Virus record (IMG/VR): IMGVR_UViG_3300042937_001707 | Span: 1-64,000 of that record | Source of the DNA: a virus | Reading direction: 5' to 3' (one strand) | Length of the DNA: 64,000 bases | Shown: positions 47,501 to 57,301 of the stretch, in pieces | Layout: every line of letters begins with the position of its first letter | Numbering within the stretch: position 1 is the stretch's first letter | Notes under the pieces: model-generated | Seen by the model: the letters and a program-made list of their open reading frames with translations, nothing else | What the model was told of the DNA's origin: nothing | Database searches by the model: none | Made by a program: the position numbers and the translations under genes

Positions 47501-47636
47501 AGACATTAACATTAAAGAAAATCGGTTTACAGTGGGTATTGACGAAACTACTAGCATTTTTACTAAAGAATACGAATTCTTTTGGGATATAACGGCAGAA
47601 AGAAAAGATGTACCTTCATTAATAGTAGAGGAATAA
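44589..47636 (+). CDS. Tail fibre with TQNT coiled-coil repeats and C-terminal chaperone-like domain
   Basis: 14-aa VDNTQNTRLTVIEG repeats; KSF.I.HP....RL.YG.LE.P..GV..TG...LP.Y C-terminus. Confidence 0.7.
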   Translation: MSTKKFTTRHGIDANYQDIVSANNVSTNTLTALVSTGTPPLTVSSTTKVENLNVDLLDGYNTATSNAANTVVVRDANSFISLNGLYMNSSEGLKNISWNNTYSTYDMELLNGVTLQVGQESHIYGRATETIQNGKIVMFAGAQGDGLLLRLANTQVTGFEPRWIVGVATQTIPQNNWGYVTWFGKVNDVDTYNYSLGDILYLDNNNPGAFSNTRPTAPDYAITLAAVVRVSNSPSSNNGILMVRPDFGYELSEARDVKITNISANDVIIWSANNRWENKPQSNLDVGNSDKLDGEHGSYYTGYTDTANTNNLIYTNNVINSNVTLLQGINTTQNTNISNLTSWLSSNVSLIAGVDNTQNTNILSIQEVDNTQNTRLTVIEGVDVTQNTNISNLTSWLSSNVSLIAGVDNTQNTRLTVIEGVDVTQNTFTQAAFTHANAAFLSSNTKFSSSGGTITGDVVITGNVAVQGTTTTLDVDTIAVEDKNITLANVASPTNITADGGGITVRGTTDKTWNWINATSSWTSSENIDIASGKTYKINGIDVLTSTTISNIQGVDNTQNTRLTVIEGTDVTQNTNITNLTSWLSSNNTLQTNINATQNTSITAAFIQANSAYNQANTTNTNASNASNLTTGTIPGDRGVTAGSTTPSFIEYNGTTKTAGQFDGGSTAPTNTTRLNYDGNLYATTFYGEGTGLTGTASNLTANVANFEVITNATSGTYYPQLVSATSGTLAGYTNNAFAFDVANGRFGIATTTPTTKLHITESAGACVPILTLDNSSGWATGINFKVNYSGYTTSRIVYDFYGSEFAGLSHGMNYVSGRPSNSNHWFRDSANNIQLAILNSGNVVIGSNTTNYKFEVVGTAKANTLTLTANTASTNTTTGTLIVTGGVGISGALNATTKSFDIVHPSDPNKRLRYGSLESPYHGVRLTGKGKVINGKGVVTLPYYFRDLVHEEDVNIQLTNIKHGKVLWVEDINIKENRFTVGIDETTSIFTKEYEFFWDITAERKDVPSLIVEE

Positions 47637-47637
47637 T

Positions 47638-50007
47638 ATGGCAACTGCATATAATAGTAAACTTGTTACTGATAATTTGGTATTATGTATAGATGCTGCT
47701 AATCCAAAAAGTTATCCAGGAACTGGAAATAATTGGTTTAATTTAGTAAAAGGCAATCGTTCAGAAACTATATCCGGAGAAACCACTACAAATTTAATGT
47801 ATTCTTCCGGAACTTTTGTTGGGTCTATTGGAACATTAACGGGTTCTTTTTCAGTGACAACTGTAGAGGCAAATAGTAAATATCGCGTTCAGTGTAACAC
47901 TAGTGGGCTAATTAGAATATCAATTCCTAATGGTTTGTTAGTAAACAACCAAACATATACATTATCATACAAATATAAAGTCATTTCTGGATTAACCAAC
48001 TTTTTAATAAACGATTTTTGTGATGTTAATGTTGGCGACAGATTAATTATAGATACAGGCGATTATATTTTTGCTTCAGCAACGGCGAAAAGAATTACTT
48101 ATGATTCGACATATAGATTTTTTGATACACCAACATTTCAAGTTGGTGATATTATAGATATTTGGGATATACAAGTAGAACAAAAAACGTATCCGACTGT
48201 TTTTGTAAATGGTATAAGATCCTCTGCAACATCAAATCAAATTTTAACTGGCGGAAATCAAAATTCAGATTTAATCAATGGTCCATCATACCAATCTCAA
48301 GGGGTAATTGTGTTCGATGGCGTTGATGATTACGTTAAACAAAACCCTATGGCGTTTAAATCAGGAAGTGGGTGGACTCTATCGTGTTGGATAAGTCCTG
48401 TATTTAATTCCACTAAAATAGGAGCTTCTGTATTTTATGCTGTTGAAGGTAATTATCTAGGATACCCTTGTTCTGTCCCACTAACAACTCAAACGGATAC
48501 TACATATATAACACCTAAAAGCTCAATAGGTAGCACTTTTTATATTTGTTCTAACTATGTAACCAATTTTGTTGGTTCAGAAAGAATCCCTAAAATTTTT
48601 AAGATGAATTCTATTTTCACAGCGGTCGATCAAGGATTTAATACAGGTTCTGTAGGATACCTATCCACTCCAGTTCACATAACAGCATCTACATATTATT
48701 CTGGGAAAATATATGTATGCGAAAACCTTAGCCAATATAGTAAATATGGAAAAATAGGATTCAAACGATATAATTCTGATGGATCGTTAGATACTGGTTT
48801 CGGAACATCTACTTCTGGATTTAATTTTTCTACGGCATTTTCCGCAGAAGACAGTTCAGGAAATATTTATGTTGTTGGCTCCTTTACTTCTTATAACGGA
48901 ACCGCAGCAAACCGAATTATTAAATTAAACACTGACGGTTCAATAGATACTTCTTTTGTTTATGGTACTGGGTTTAATAATGTAGTAACAGCAATTTACA
49001 TAGATCCAATTAATGGAGGCATATATGTTATAGGAAATTTTACTTCTTATAACGGAACCGCAGCAAACCGAATTATTAAATTAACCTCTACTGGGTCGAT
49101 AGATGCTTCTTTTGTTTATGGTACTGGGTTTAATGATCAAGTCCTTTGTATAGAGTTTGACGAAAACGGAGATTTATATGTTGGGGGAGGGTTCACTACA
49201 TATAATGGAACGGCAGTAAATCGCATGGTTAAATTAACCTCTACTGGGTCGATAGATGCTTCTTTTGTTTATGGTACTGGGTTTAATGGTGTTGTTAGAT
49301 CAATATCATACAGTTATGACTTTTCATGGTTATATGTTGGGGGAGCGTTTACTACATATAACGGAACCGCAGCAAACCGAATAATTACATTAAACACTGA
49401 CGGGTCAATAGAAACTTCTTTTGTTTATGGTACTGGGTTTGACGGTGCTGTGCTTTCTATATTAGCAGATAGTTCAGGTTTGTTATATGTTGGTGGCTCA
49501 TTCACTACATATCAAGGCAGTGCTGTAAGTAGATTCGTAGGATTAGACATATATGATGGGACTTTTGTAACAGACATATTTGGTCTTACTTCTGATTTTG
49601 AATCTTGTGTAAATCTATCTACAAATTTTTATAATATCAGATATTTAGATGGGTTTGTATTTGCGTGGGTTAACAAAACACCTGTAGACTTAACTATTAT
49701 CGGAGCATCGCAAACAATTTTAACAGCCAATGAATTATATGACATTTTTGACGGGAATACCACTATAAATTTAGTGGAATCTATGGATACTAATTCTACC
49801 TATAAAGCATATTTAAACGGACAATTAGTATGTGAAATTCCAAATGTAGAAAATTCTGGTATTCTTTTATATAATTTGTTTAATGACATTTCAACGTCAT
49901 CTAAATTTCAAGGGAAAGCTTCTAATATTTCTGTATACAGCAAAGCATTATCCGCCACAGAAATTCAACAAAACTTCAACGCTACAAGGAGCAGATATGG
50001 AATATAA
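47638..50007 (+). CDS. LamG/concanavalin-like protein with inserted delta-60 beta-propeller repeats
   Basis: LVL..DAAN..SY.G N-terminus, FDGVDDY, 4-5 copies of YV.G.FT.YNG....RI.KL...GSID.SF..GTGF, ALS..EIQQNFNA C-terminus. Confidence 0.75.
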   Translation: MATAYNSKLVTDNLVLCIDAANPKSYPGTGNNWFNLVKGNRSETISGETTTNLMYSSGTFVGSIGTLTGSFSVTTVEANSKYRVQCNTSGLIRISIPNGLLVNNQTYTLSYKYKVISGLTNFLINDFCDVNVGDRLIIDTGDYIFASATAKRITYDSTYRFFDTPTFQVGDIIDIWDIQVEQKTYPTVFVNGIRSSATSNQILTGGNQNSDLINGPSYQSQGVIVFDGVDDYVKQNPMAFKSGSGWTLSCWISPVFNSTKIGASVFYAVEGNYLGYPCSVPLTTQTDTTYITPKSSIGSTFYICSNYVTNFVGSERIPKIFKMNSIFTAVDQGFNTGSVGYLSTPVHITASTYYSGKIYVCENLSQYSKYGKIGFKRYNSDGSLDTGFGTSTSGFNFSTAFSAEDSSGNIYVVGSFTSYNGTAANRIIKLNTDGSIDTSFVYGTGFNNVVTAIYIDPINGGIYVIGNFTSYNGTAANRIIKLTSTGSIDASFVYGTGFNDQVLCIEFDENGDLYVGGGFTTYNGTAVNRMVKLTSTGSIDASFVYGTGFNGVVRSISYSYDFSWLYVGGAFTTYNGTAANRIITLNTDGSIETSFVYGTGFDGAVLSILADSSGLLYVGGSFTTYQGSAVSRFVGLDIYDGTFVTDIFGLTSDFESCVNLSTNFYNIRYLDGFVFAWVNKTPVDLTIIGASQTILTANELYDIFDGNTTINLVESMDTNSTYKAYLNGQLVCEIPNVENSGILLYNLFNDISTSSKFQGKASNISVYSKALSATEIQQNFNATRSRYGI

Positions 50008-50251
50008 TGATAGAAATTTTATAATCTTTCCAACTTCGGAATTATCAAAAGTTGATTTTAGTCAAGTATTAGAAACTTCTGCCGAAACGGTTAGACGTTC
50101 TGTGGATGGTTCCAAAACGTTTGTTAAATGGGATGGAGAACAGCCAGAATTTGTTTCTACTTTGGAGAATACAGAAGGTCCGTATACTTACGAAGAAATA
50201 TTAGAAATATTAAATGGATTAGAATGGACTGCTCCAATGGAGGAAATGTAA
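49997..50251 (+). CDS. Small conserved protein associated with LamG genes
   Basis: VDFSQV.ETS.ETVR.S.DG.KTFVKW and YT..EIL motifs; start reassigned to ATG 49997. Confidence 0.65.
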   Translation: MEYNDRNFIIFPTSELSKVDFSQVLETSAETVRRSVDGSKTFVKWDGEQPEFVSTLENTEGPYTYEEILEILNGLEWTAPMEEM

Positions 50252-50989
50252 GTGAGTTTGGGTCACGGAGCAAGTATTGTTACTAATGGATTAGTTTTAT
50301 GTTTAGATGCTGCTAATCCAAAAAGTTATCCTGGATCAGGTGCTGTTTGGTATGATTTGAGTGGAAATGGTAATCACGCTTCTTTAGTAAATGGACCAGT
50401 TTATTCTACAGAAAATAATGGCAAATTTGTATTAGACGGAATAAATGATTATGTAGAAACGATTAATCCTCTAAATTTATCAACAACCAATGCGGTAACA
50501 GTTTTATTTTCAGTAAAAGTATTATCCTATGGGACTTCTCCAAAAGTTCTATATGAATTAGGTCCAAATTTTAACAGTTATACCGATTGTTTTGTAGCAT
50601 CATTTTCTGATAATTCTGTTGGAGCGAATTATGATATTTTTGCTAGTGTTAGAGGAAATGTTGGATATAATATAGGAGTATATTCTAAAACTTTATTAAA
50701 CGATTCCAATTGGCATTCTAATATTATAATACACGACACTTCACAAACTTCCAAAGAAAATCTTATATACAGCAACGGTGTTATAAAAGACGAAATATCT
50801 AACCCCCTTTCTGGATATGCTAATAATACTAATAATTTCGGTAACAGAAAATTTTATATAGGTTGTAGGGGAGGAGCTAGTTTGTTTGGCAATATTGAAA
50901 TATCGAGTGTTATGGCGTATAACAGAGCATTATCCGCAGCAGAAATTCAACAAAATTTTAACGCTTCTCGCAATCGCTTCGGGATATAA
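50252..50989 (+). CDS. LamG/concanavalin-like lectin domain protein
   Basis: IVT.GLVL.LDAAN..SYPGSG..W.DLSGN, DG.NDY and YNRALS..EI.QNFNA motifs. Confidence 0.75.
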   Translation: MSLGHGASIVTNGLVLCLDAANPKSYPGSGAVWYDLSGNGNHASLVNGPVYSTENNGKFVLDGINDYVETINPLNLSTTNAVTVLFSVKVLSYGTSPKVLYELGPNFNSYTDCFVASFSDNSVGANYDIFASVRGNVGYNIGVYSKTLLNDSNWHSNIIIHDTSQTSKENLIYSNGVIKDEISNPLSGYANNTNNFGNRKFYIGCRGGASLFGNIEISSVMAYNRALSAAEIQQNFNASRNRFGI

Positions 50990-50992
50990 ATA
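50985..50992 (+). promoter_or_regulatory. Late promoter heading the collagen/modification operon
   Basis: TATAAATA 30 nt upstream of ATG 51023; downstream genes abut or overlap through 60998. Confidence 0.7.
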
Positions 50993-51022
50993 GTTAAATA
51001 ACAACTCCTTAGAGAATACCAA

Positions 51023-51643
51023 ATGGCATTAAACGAACAAAATATAGTAATTCAACCTAATGTTGGTATAGCAAATACTAACCCAAAAATTACGTTTTCC
51101 GCAGCAGACGCATCAACAAATGCTAAGAATATTGTTCTTAATGTATACCCAACTTCAAACGGAACACTTTCTTTTGAAGGTAACGCCGGACAATTATTCT
51201 CTATCACAGACTCAATGTCTGGAACAATATTCTCTGTTAATGATATTTCTGGTATTCCTTCTATAGAAGTTTTAGACACTGGATTAGTAAAACTTGCCCA
51301 ATATTCTGGCGACGTTCAAATCGGACCTTCTACAGTTTTAATTTCGGAAAATTATACTACCACAACCACAAATCAAATTACACTAGACAGCTTTCCCGCA
51401 GCAACATATAGAACAGCAACTTATGAAGTGCAAATGACTTCATCTACAAATTATCATACAATAACACTAAAACTAATACATAACGGCACAACAGTTTATC
51501 TCGCTCAATATGGAGAAATATTCACAAATGCTTCTCTAGGAACATTTGATGCTACAATTACTTCCGGTAATATGAATTTATTATTTACTCCAACCAATGC
51601 TACTACCGTAGTAAAATTAACAAGACAACTAATCTTGGTATAA
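51023..51643 (+). CDS. Virion fibre-connector protein
   Basis: LSFEG.AGQLFS.TD...G.IFSVND.SG.P motif; C-terminal YR.A.Y.VQ...IHNG....QYG domain shared with 42773..43777. Confidence 0.65.
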   Translation: MALNEQNIVIQPNVGIANTNPKITFSAADASTNAKNIVLNVYPTSNGTLSFEGNAGQLFSITDSMSGTIFSVNDISGIPSIEVLDTGLVKLAQYSGDVQIGPSTVLISENYTTTTTNQITLDSFPAATYRTATYEVQMTSSTNYHTITLKLIHNGTTVYLAQYGEIFTNASLGTFDATITSGNMNLLFTPTNATTVVKLTRQLILV

Positions 51644-51644
51644 A

Positions 51645-53333
51645 ATGGCAACAAATAAACCCTTTGAAATAAAAAACGGATTAATTGTTGGGGATACTCT
51701 TGTCGCAAATTCAACTGGTCATTGGGTAGGTCCATCAACAAATATAACCGGAGATCAAGGATTTCAAGGAAATATTGGGATAACTGGAAATGTTGGATTT
51801 ACTGGAATAGCAGGATTCCAAGGTAGACAAGGAGTACAAGGTTCTACTGGTCCTCAAGGCGTACAAGGTGCTTTGGGTGCTACTGGTAATATTGGAGTTC
51901 AGGGTGCTATCGGAATAGCAGGATTTCAAGGTAGGCAGGGCGTTCAAGGTTCTACTGGTCCTCAAGGCGTACAAGGCGTGGTTGGTGCTACTGGAAATGC
52001 TGGAGTTCAGGGCGCTATCGGAATATCAGGATTTCAAGGTAGACAAGGAATACAAGGTTCTACTGGTCCTCAAGGCGTTCAGGGAGCAGTTGGTGCTACT
52101 GGAAATAGTGGAATAGCAGGATTCCAAGGCAGACAAGGGTTTCAAGGCACACAAGGTCCACAGGGACCACAAGGAGTTCAGGGAGCAGTTGGTGCTACTG
52201 GTAATGCTGGTGTGCAAGGTGCTATTGGAATAGCAGGATTTCAAGGTAGACAAGGAATACAAGGTTCTACTGGACCACAAGGAGCACAAGGCGCTGTAGG
52301 TGCTACTGGTAATGTTGGTGTGCAAGGTGCTATTGGAATAGCAGGATTTCAAGGCAGACAAGGGTTTCAAGGTTCTACTGGTCCACAAGGAGCACAAGGC
52401 GCTGTAGGTGCTACTGGTAATGCTGGAATAGCAGGATTTCAAGGAAGACAAGGATTCCAAGGCGCACAAGGACCACAAGGACCACAAGGCGTTCAAGGCG
52501 CTGTTGGTGCTACTGGTAATACTGGAGTTCAGGGTGCTATTGGAATAGCAGGATTCCAAGGTAGACAAGGAGTCCAAGGTCCACAGGGACCACAAGGTGT
52601 ACAAGGTGCTGTTGGCGCTACTGGACCGCAAGGAGTTCAAGGGACAGTTGGAATAGCAGGATTTCAAGGTAGACAAGGAGTCCAAGGTCCACAGGGACCA
52701 CAAGGCGTACAGGGAGCAGTTGGCGCCACTGGTCCTCAAGGGGTTGCTGGAATAGCAGGATTCCAAGGCAGACAAGGATTCCAAGGCGCACAAGGTCCGC
52801 AAGGAGCACAAGGAGCACAAGGCGCTGTAGGTGCTACTGGTCCTCAAGGAGTTGCTGGAATAGCAGGATTCCAAGGCAGACAAGGATTCCAAGGAGCAAA
52901 TTTAATAATTCCTGCCAATAATCTTAGTACATTAGGAGTAAATGCTGCACTTGGCGGAACTGGAGAAATACGAGCATCTGGAAATATCATAGCAGCATAC
53001 TCAGATCAAAGATTAAAGAAAAATATAAACAAAATTGAAAATTGTTTAGAAAAAGTATTAAGTATAAGTGGAATTTATTTTACTCAAAATAAGTTAGCAG
53101 AAAAGTTTGGATATAACGATTATAGTAAAAAAATAGGATTGATAGCACAGCAAATAAAACCTTTTGCTCCTGAAATAGTTAAACCTGCTCCTTTTGATAC
53201 GGATTCCGATGGAAATAGCATTTCTGGGGAAAATTACATAACAGTACAATATGAAAAATTAATTCCAATAATAGTAGAAGCTATAAAAGAACAACAAAAG
53301 CAAATTAAAGAACTTTTAACATTAAGAAACTAA
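51645..53333 (+). CDS. Collagen-like fibre protein 1 with S74 chaperone domain
   Basis: 128 uninterrupted Gly-X-Y triplets (51750-52901); AYSDQRLK...IGLIAQ...APFD...YEKL.P...EAIKE. Confidence 0.9.
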   Translation: MATNKPFEIKNGLIVGDTLVANSTGHWVGPSTNITGDQGFQGNIGITGNVGFTGIAGFQGRQGVQGSTGPQGVQGALGATGNIGVQGAIGIAGFQGRQGVQGSTGPQGVQGVVGATGNAGVQGAIGISGFQGRQGIQGSTGPQGVQGAVGATGNSGIAGFQGRQGFQGTQGPQGPQGVQGAVGATGNAGVQGAIGIAGFQGRQGIQGSTGPQGAQGAVGATGNVGVQGAIGIAGFQGRQGFQGSTGPQGAQGAVGATGNAGIAGFQGRQGFQGAQGPQGPQGVQGAVGATGNTGVQGAIGIAGFQGRQGVQGPQGPQGVQGAVGATGPQGVQGTVGIAGFQGRQGVQGPQGPQGVQGAVGATGPQGVAGIAGFQGRQGFQGAQGPQGAQGAQGAVGATGPQGVAGIAGFQGRQGFQGANLIIPANNLSTLGVNAALGGTGEIRASGNIIAAYSDQRLKKNINKIENCLEKVLSISGIYFTQNKLAEKFGYNDYSKKIGLIAQQIKPFAPEIVKPAPFDTDSDGNSISGENYITVQYEKLIPIIVEAIKEQQKQIKELLTLRN

Positions 53334-53337
53334 TCAG

Positions 53338-55047
53338 ATGGCAGAACAATCTAAACTAATAATAAAAAATGGATTAGTTGTTGGAAATACTTCAGTTATT
53401 TCCAACAATTCTGTTTGGATTGCTTCTACAACGAACATAAAAGGTCCGCAAGGACCACAAGGATTTCAAGGCGTTCAAGGATTCCAAGGACCACAAGGAG
53501 CACAAGGACCACAAGGGTCTCAAGGAATTGCGGGAGTTACAGGACCACAAGGCATACAAGGGGTTGTTGGTAGACAAGGGTTCCAAGGTCCACAAGGATT
53601 TCAAGGAGCGCAAGGACCACAGGGAGCACAAGGTGCTGTCGGTGCTACTGGACCCCAAGGAGTTCAAGGCGCTGCAAGTTCTATTGCAGGGTTCCAAGGT
53701 CCACAAGGGTTTCAAGGCGCTCAAGGTCCACAAGGTGCACAAGGTGCTGTCGGTGCTACTGGTCCACAAGGAGTTCAAGGAGCAATCGGCGTAACAGGAG
53801 TCCAAGGAGTCCAAGGTCCACAGGGACCACAAGGTGCACAAGGTGCAGTTGGTGCTACTGGACCACATGGAGTTCAAGGAGCAGTTGGCATATCTGGATT
53901 CCAAGGTAGACAAGGAGTCCAAGGAGCGCAAGGACCACAGGGAGCACAAGGTGCTGTCGGTGCTACTGGACCCCAAGGAGTTCAAGGCGCTGCAAGTTCT
54001 ATTGCAGGATTTCAAGGCAGACAAGGGTTTCAAGGCGCACAAGGTCCACAGGGCGCACAAGGAGCAGTTGGTATTACTGGTCCTCAAGGAGTTCAAGGAG
54101 CAATCGGCGTAACAGGAGTCCAAGGAGTCCAAGGTCCACAGGGACCACAAGGTGCACAAGGTGCAGTTGGCGTTACTGGACCACAAGGAGTTCAAGGTGC
54201 TGCAAGTTCTATTGCAGGATTTCAAGGCAGACAAGGGTTTCAAGGCGCACAAGGTCCACAGGGCGCACAAGGAGCAGTTGGCGTTACTGGACCACAAGGA
54301 GTTCAAGGCGCTGCAAGTTCTATTGCAGGATTTCAAGGCAGACAAGGAGTCCAAGGTCCACAAGGTCCACAGGGCGCACAAGGAGCAGTTGGCGTTACTG
54401 GACCACAAGGAGTTCAAGGTGCTGCAAGTTCTATTGCAGGATTTCAAGGCAGACAAGGAGTCCAAGGTCCACAGGGACCACAAGGTGCACAAGGTGCAGT
54501 TGGCGTTACTGGACCACAAGGAGTTCAAGGAGCAGTTGGAATAGCAGGATTCCAAGGTAGACAAGGAGTCCAAGGTCCACAAGGTCCGCAGGGCGTTCAA
54601 GGGATATCTAATGTTTTGCAAACATCAGTAACTGCGTTAGGAGTTGGAACCCCAGCAGGACCAACAGGAGAAATAAGAGCAACCGGAAACATAACTTCGT
54701 ATTATTCTGACATAAGGTTAAAAGATAATATAGAATCTATAAAAAATGCTAGTGAAAAATTATATCAATTAAATGGAATTTTTTATAAACAAAATAAGTT
54801 TGCAGAAACCTTTGGATATAAAGATTATAGCAAACAAATAGGAGTTATAGCACAAGAAGTTCAAAAAATTATACCAGAAGCTGTTGCATTAGCACCATTT
54901 GATATTGATGAAAATCACAATAGCATCACAGGTTTAAATTTATTAACGGTTAATTATGAAAAATTAATTCCATTAATAATAGAAACTATAAAAGAACAAC
55001 AAAAAGAAATAGATTTATTAATAAAAGAAATAAAATATGGCAGCTAA
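53338..55047 (+). CDS. Collagen-like fibre protein 2 with S74 chaperone domain
   Basis: Gly-X-Y domain 53443-54609 with 5 GAASSIAG interruptions; YYSDIRLK motif. Confidence 0.9.
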   Translation: MAEQSKLIIKNGLVVGNTSVISNNSVWIASTTNIKGPQGPQGFQGVQGFQGPQGAQGPQGSQGIAGVTGPQGIQGVVGRQGFQGPQGFQGAQGPQGAQGAVGATGPQGVQGAASSIAGFQGPQGFQGAQGPQGAQGAVGATGPQGVQGAIGVTGVQGVQGPQGPQGAQGAVGATGPHGVQGAVGISGFQGRQGVQGAQGPQGAQGAVGATGPQGVQGAASSIAGFQGRQGFQGAQGPQGAQGAVGITGPQGVQGAIGVTGVQGVQGPQGPQGAQGAVGVTGPQGVQGAASSIAGFQGRQGFQGAQGPQGAQGAVGVTGPQGVQGAASSIAGFQGRQGVQGPQGPQGAQGAVGVTGPQGVQGAASSIAGFQGRQGVQGPQGPQGAQGAVGVTGPQGVQGAVGIAGFQGRQGVQGPQGPQGVQGISNVLQTSVTALGVGTPAGPTGEIRATGNITSYYSDIRLKDNIESIKNASEKLYQLNGIFYKQNKFAETFGYKDYSKQIGVIAQEVQKIIPEAVALAPFDIDENHNSITGLNLLTVNYEKLIPLIIETIKEQQKEIDLLIKEIKYGS

Positions 55048-56719
55048 TAATAATTTCGTTGTAAAAAATGGCATATCTATAAATCTAAATGAAATAATTT
55101 CATCAGAAGGCATTTGGACTGGTCCCGCTTCAAGCTATTCCGGATCACAAGGACCACAAGGAGCACAAGGACCACAAGGCGCTCAGGGTGCTGTGGGTGC
55201 TGCTGGTCCACAAGGAGTTCAAGGAGTAGAAGGATTCCAAGGTCCACAAGGATTTCAAGGCGCTCAAGGTCCACAAGGTCCACAGGGAGCACAAGGCGCA
55301 GTTGGTGCTACTGGTCCACAAGGCATACAAGGGGTGGCAGGGTTCCAAGGTCCACAAGGATTCCAAGGCGCTCAAGGTCCACAAGGTCCACAAGGCGCTC
55401 AAGGCGCAGTTGGTGCTATTGGACCACAGGGCATTCAAGGGGTAGCAGGATTTCAAGGTCCACAAGGATTTCAAGGCGCTCAAGGCGCTCAGGGTGCTGT
55501 CGGTGCTACTGGTCCTCAAGGAGTACAAGGTGCTGCAAGTTCGATTGCGGGGTTCCAAGGTCCACAAGGATTCCAAGGCGCTCAAGGTCAACAAGGACCA
55601 CAAGGCGCTCAAGGCGCAGTTGGTGCTATTGGACCACAGGGCATTCAAGGGGTAGCAGGATTTCAAGGTCCACAAGGATTTCAAGGAGCGCAAGGTCCAC
55701 AAGGTCCACAAGGCGCTCAAGGGGCAGTTGGCGTTACCGGACCACAAGGAGTTCAAGGGGTGGCAGGGTTCCAAGGTCCACAAGGATTTCAAGGTGCTCA
55801 AGGCGCTCAGGGTGCTGTCGGTGCTACTGGTCCTCAAGGAGTACAAGGTGCTGCAAGTTCGATTGCGGGGTTCCAAGGTAGACAAGGATTTCAAGGCGCT
55901 CAAGGTCCACAAGGACCACAAGGCGCTCAAGGCGCTGTAGGTGCTACTGGTCCTCAAGGAGTTGCTGGAATAGCAGGATTCCAAGGTAGACAAGGATTCC
56001 AAGGCGCTCAAGGTCCACAGGGCGCTCAAGGAGCACAAGGCGCTGTAGGTGCTACTGGTCCTCAAGGAGTTGCTGGAATAGCAGGATTCCAAGGTAGGCA
56101 AGGATTCCAAGGCGCTCAAGGTCCACAGGGAGCACAGGGGGCAGTTGGTGTTACTGGACCGCAAGGAGTTCAAGGAGCGGCTAGTTCAATTGCAGGATTT
56201 CAAGGCAGACAAGGAGTTCAAGGTCCACAGGGTCCACAGGGAGCACAGGGGGCAGTTGGTGCTACTGGTCCTCAAGGAGTACAAGGAGCGGCTAGCAATG
56301 TGGTAACTGAAGTTACAGCACTAGGAGTTAATACTATAGCAGGAACAACAGGAGAAATAAGAGCAACTGGACAAATTACTGCATATTATTCTGATAAAAG
56401 ATTAAAACAAGTTTTAGGAAATGTTGACAATTGTTTAGAAAAGATAAGTAAAATACATGGTGTATATTACGAACAAAACGAATTAGCTAATTCATTTGGA
56501 TATAAAGACTCTTCAAGACAAATAGGATTTATAGCACAAGAAATACAAGAAGTGCTACCAGAAGCAGTAAAAATTGCCCCTTTTGATTCTAATAAATATG
56601 GACATAGTATTTCTGGAGAAAAATATTTAACCGTACTATACTCAAAAATAGTACCGTTATTAATAGAAGCATTAAAAGAACAGAAAATACAGATAGATGA
56701 ACTAAAAACAAAAAATTGA
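55037..56719 (+). CDS. Collagen-like fibre protein 3 with S74 chaperone domain
   Basis: Gly-X-Y domain 55142-56293 with 3 interruptions; YYSDKRLK motif. Confidence 0.9.
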   Translation: MAANNNFVVKNGISINLNEIISSEGIWTGPASSYSGSQGPQGAQGPQGAQGAVGAAGPQGVQGVEGFQGPQGFQGAQGPQGPQGAQGAVGATGPQGIQGVAGFQGPQGFQGAQGPQGPQGAQGAVGAIGPQGIQGVAGFQGPQGFQGAQGAQGAVGATGPQGVQGAASSIAGFQGPQGFQGAQGQQGPQGAQGAVGAIGPQGIQGVAGFQGPQGFQGAQGPQGPQGAQGAVGVTGPQGVQGVAGFQGPQGFQGAQGAQGAVGATGPQGVQGAASSIAGFQGRQGFQGAQGPQGPQGAQGAVGATGPQGVAGIAGFQGRQGFQGAQGPQGAQGAQGAVGATGPQGVAGIAGFQGRQGFQGAQGPQGAQGAVGVTGPQGVQGAASSIAGFQGRQGVQGPQGPQGAQGAVGATGPQGVQGAASNVVTEVTALGVNTIAGTTGEIRATGQITAYYSDKRLKQVLGNVDNCLEKISKIHGVYYEQNELANSFGYKDSSRQIGFIAQEIQEVLPEAVKIAPFDSNKYGHSISGEKYLTVLYSKIVPLLIEALKEQKIQIDELKTKN

Positions 56720-56727
56720 GGAATATT

Positions 56728-57300
56728 ATGAAAGGTGAATGGTGTTATTTTAAATCATATTTTGATAAAGATACTTGCGAAAAAATAATCAGAGATGTTC
56801 AATCCATTCCATCACAAGATGCTCTTGTTGGTAATATCGATGCTTTCGCTGATTATAAAAATAGAAGAAGTAAAATAAAATTTATTCATAGTTCAAATTG
56901 GAGATTTGCGTATATATTTGATGCATTATGGAAAGCAGCAATAAGTGCAAATAATGATTTTTTTGACATACACATTACTAGATTAAATTTCATTCAATTC
57001 GCAGAATATAGTCACGAAGACCAAGGAGAATATAAAAACCATCACGACGTTTTTTGGTTAAACAATGATCCCGTTTATCATAGAAAACTTTCTTGTGTAA
57101 TCCAACTATCAGACTCTACTGAATATGAAGGTGGAGATTTTGAGTTAGTAGATGTATCAACATATCCTGATGCTTCTGAGATTAGGCAACAAGGATCGAC
57201 TATATTTTTTCCTTCATTTTTTACACATAGAGCAAATCCAGTAATAAGAGGAACTAGATATAGTATTGCTGCATGGTTTGAAGGTCCGAAATGGAGATAA
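56728..57300 (+). CDS. 2OG-Fe(II) oxygenase (prolyl-hydroxylase/PKHD-like)
   Basis: HHD...RKLS..IQLS...YEGG...FPSF..H...PV..GTRYS...W; start moved to ATG 56728 behind GAGGA. Confidence 0.88.
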   Translation: MKGEWCYFKSYFDKDTCEKIIRDVQSIPSQDALVGNIDAFADYKNRRSKIKFIHSSNWRFAYIFDALWKAAISANNDFFDIHITRLNFIQFAEYSHEDQGEYKNHHDVFWLNNDPVYHRKLSCVIQLSDSTEYEGGDFELVDVSTYPDASEIRQQGSTIFFPSFFTHRANPVIRGTRYSIAAWFEGPKWR

Positions 57301-57301
57301 T

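Noticed and set aside
51735-56173. Long antisense and alternate-frame ORFs over the collagen genes (e.g. 53392..54621 -, 55145..56173 -, 55114..55881 +)
   Set aside because: Shadows of the stop-poor GGN-NNN-CAA repeat; low-complexity products with no SD or promoter support.
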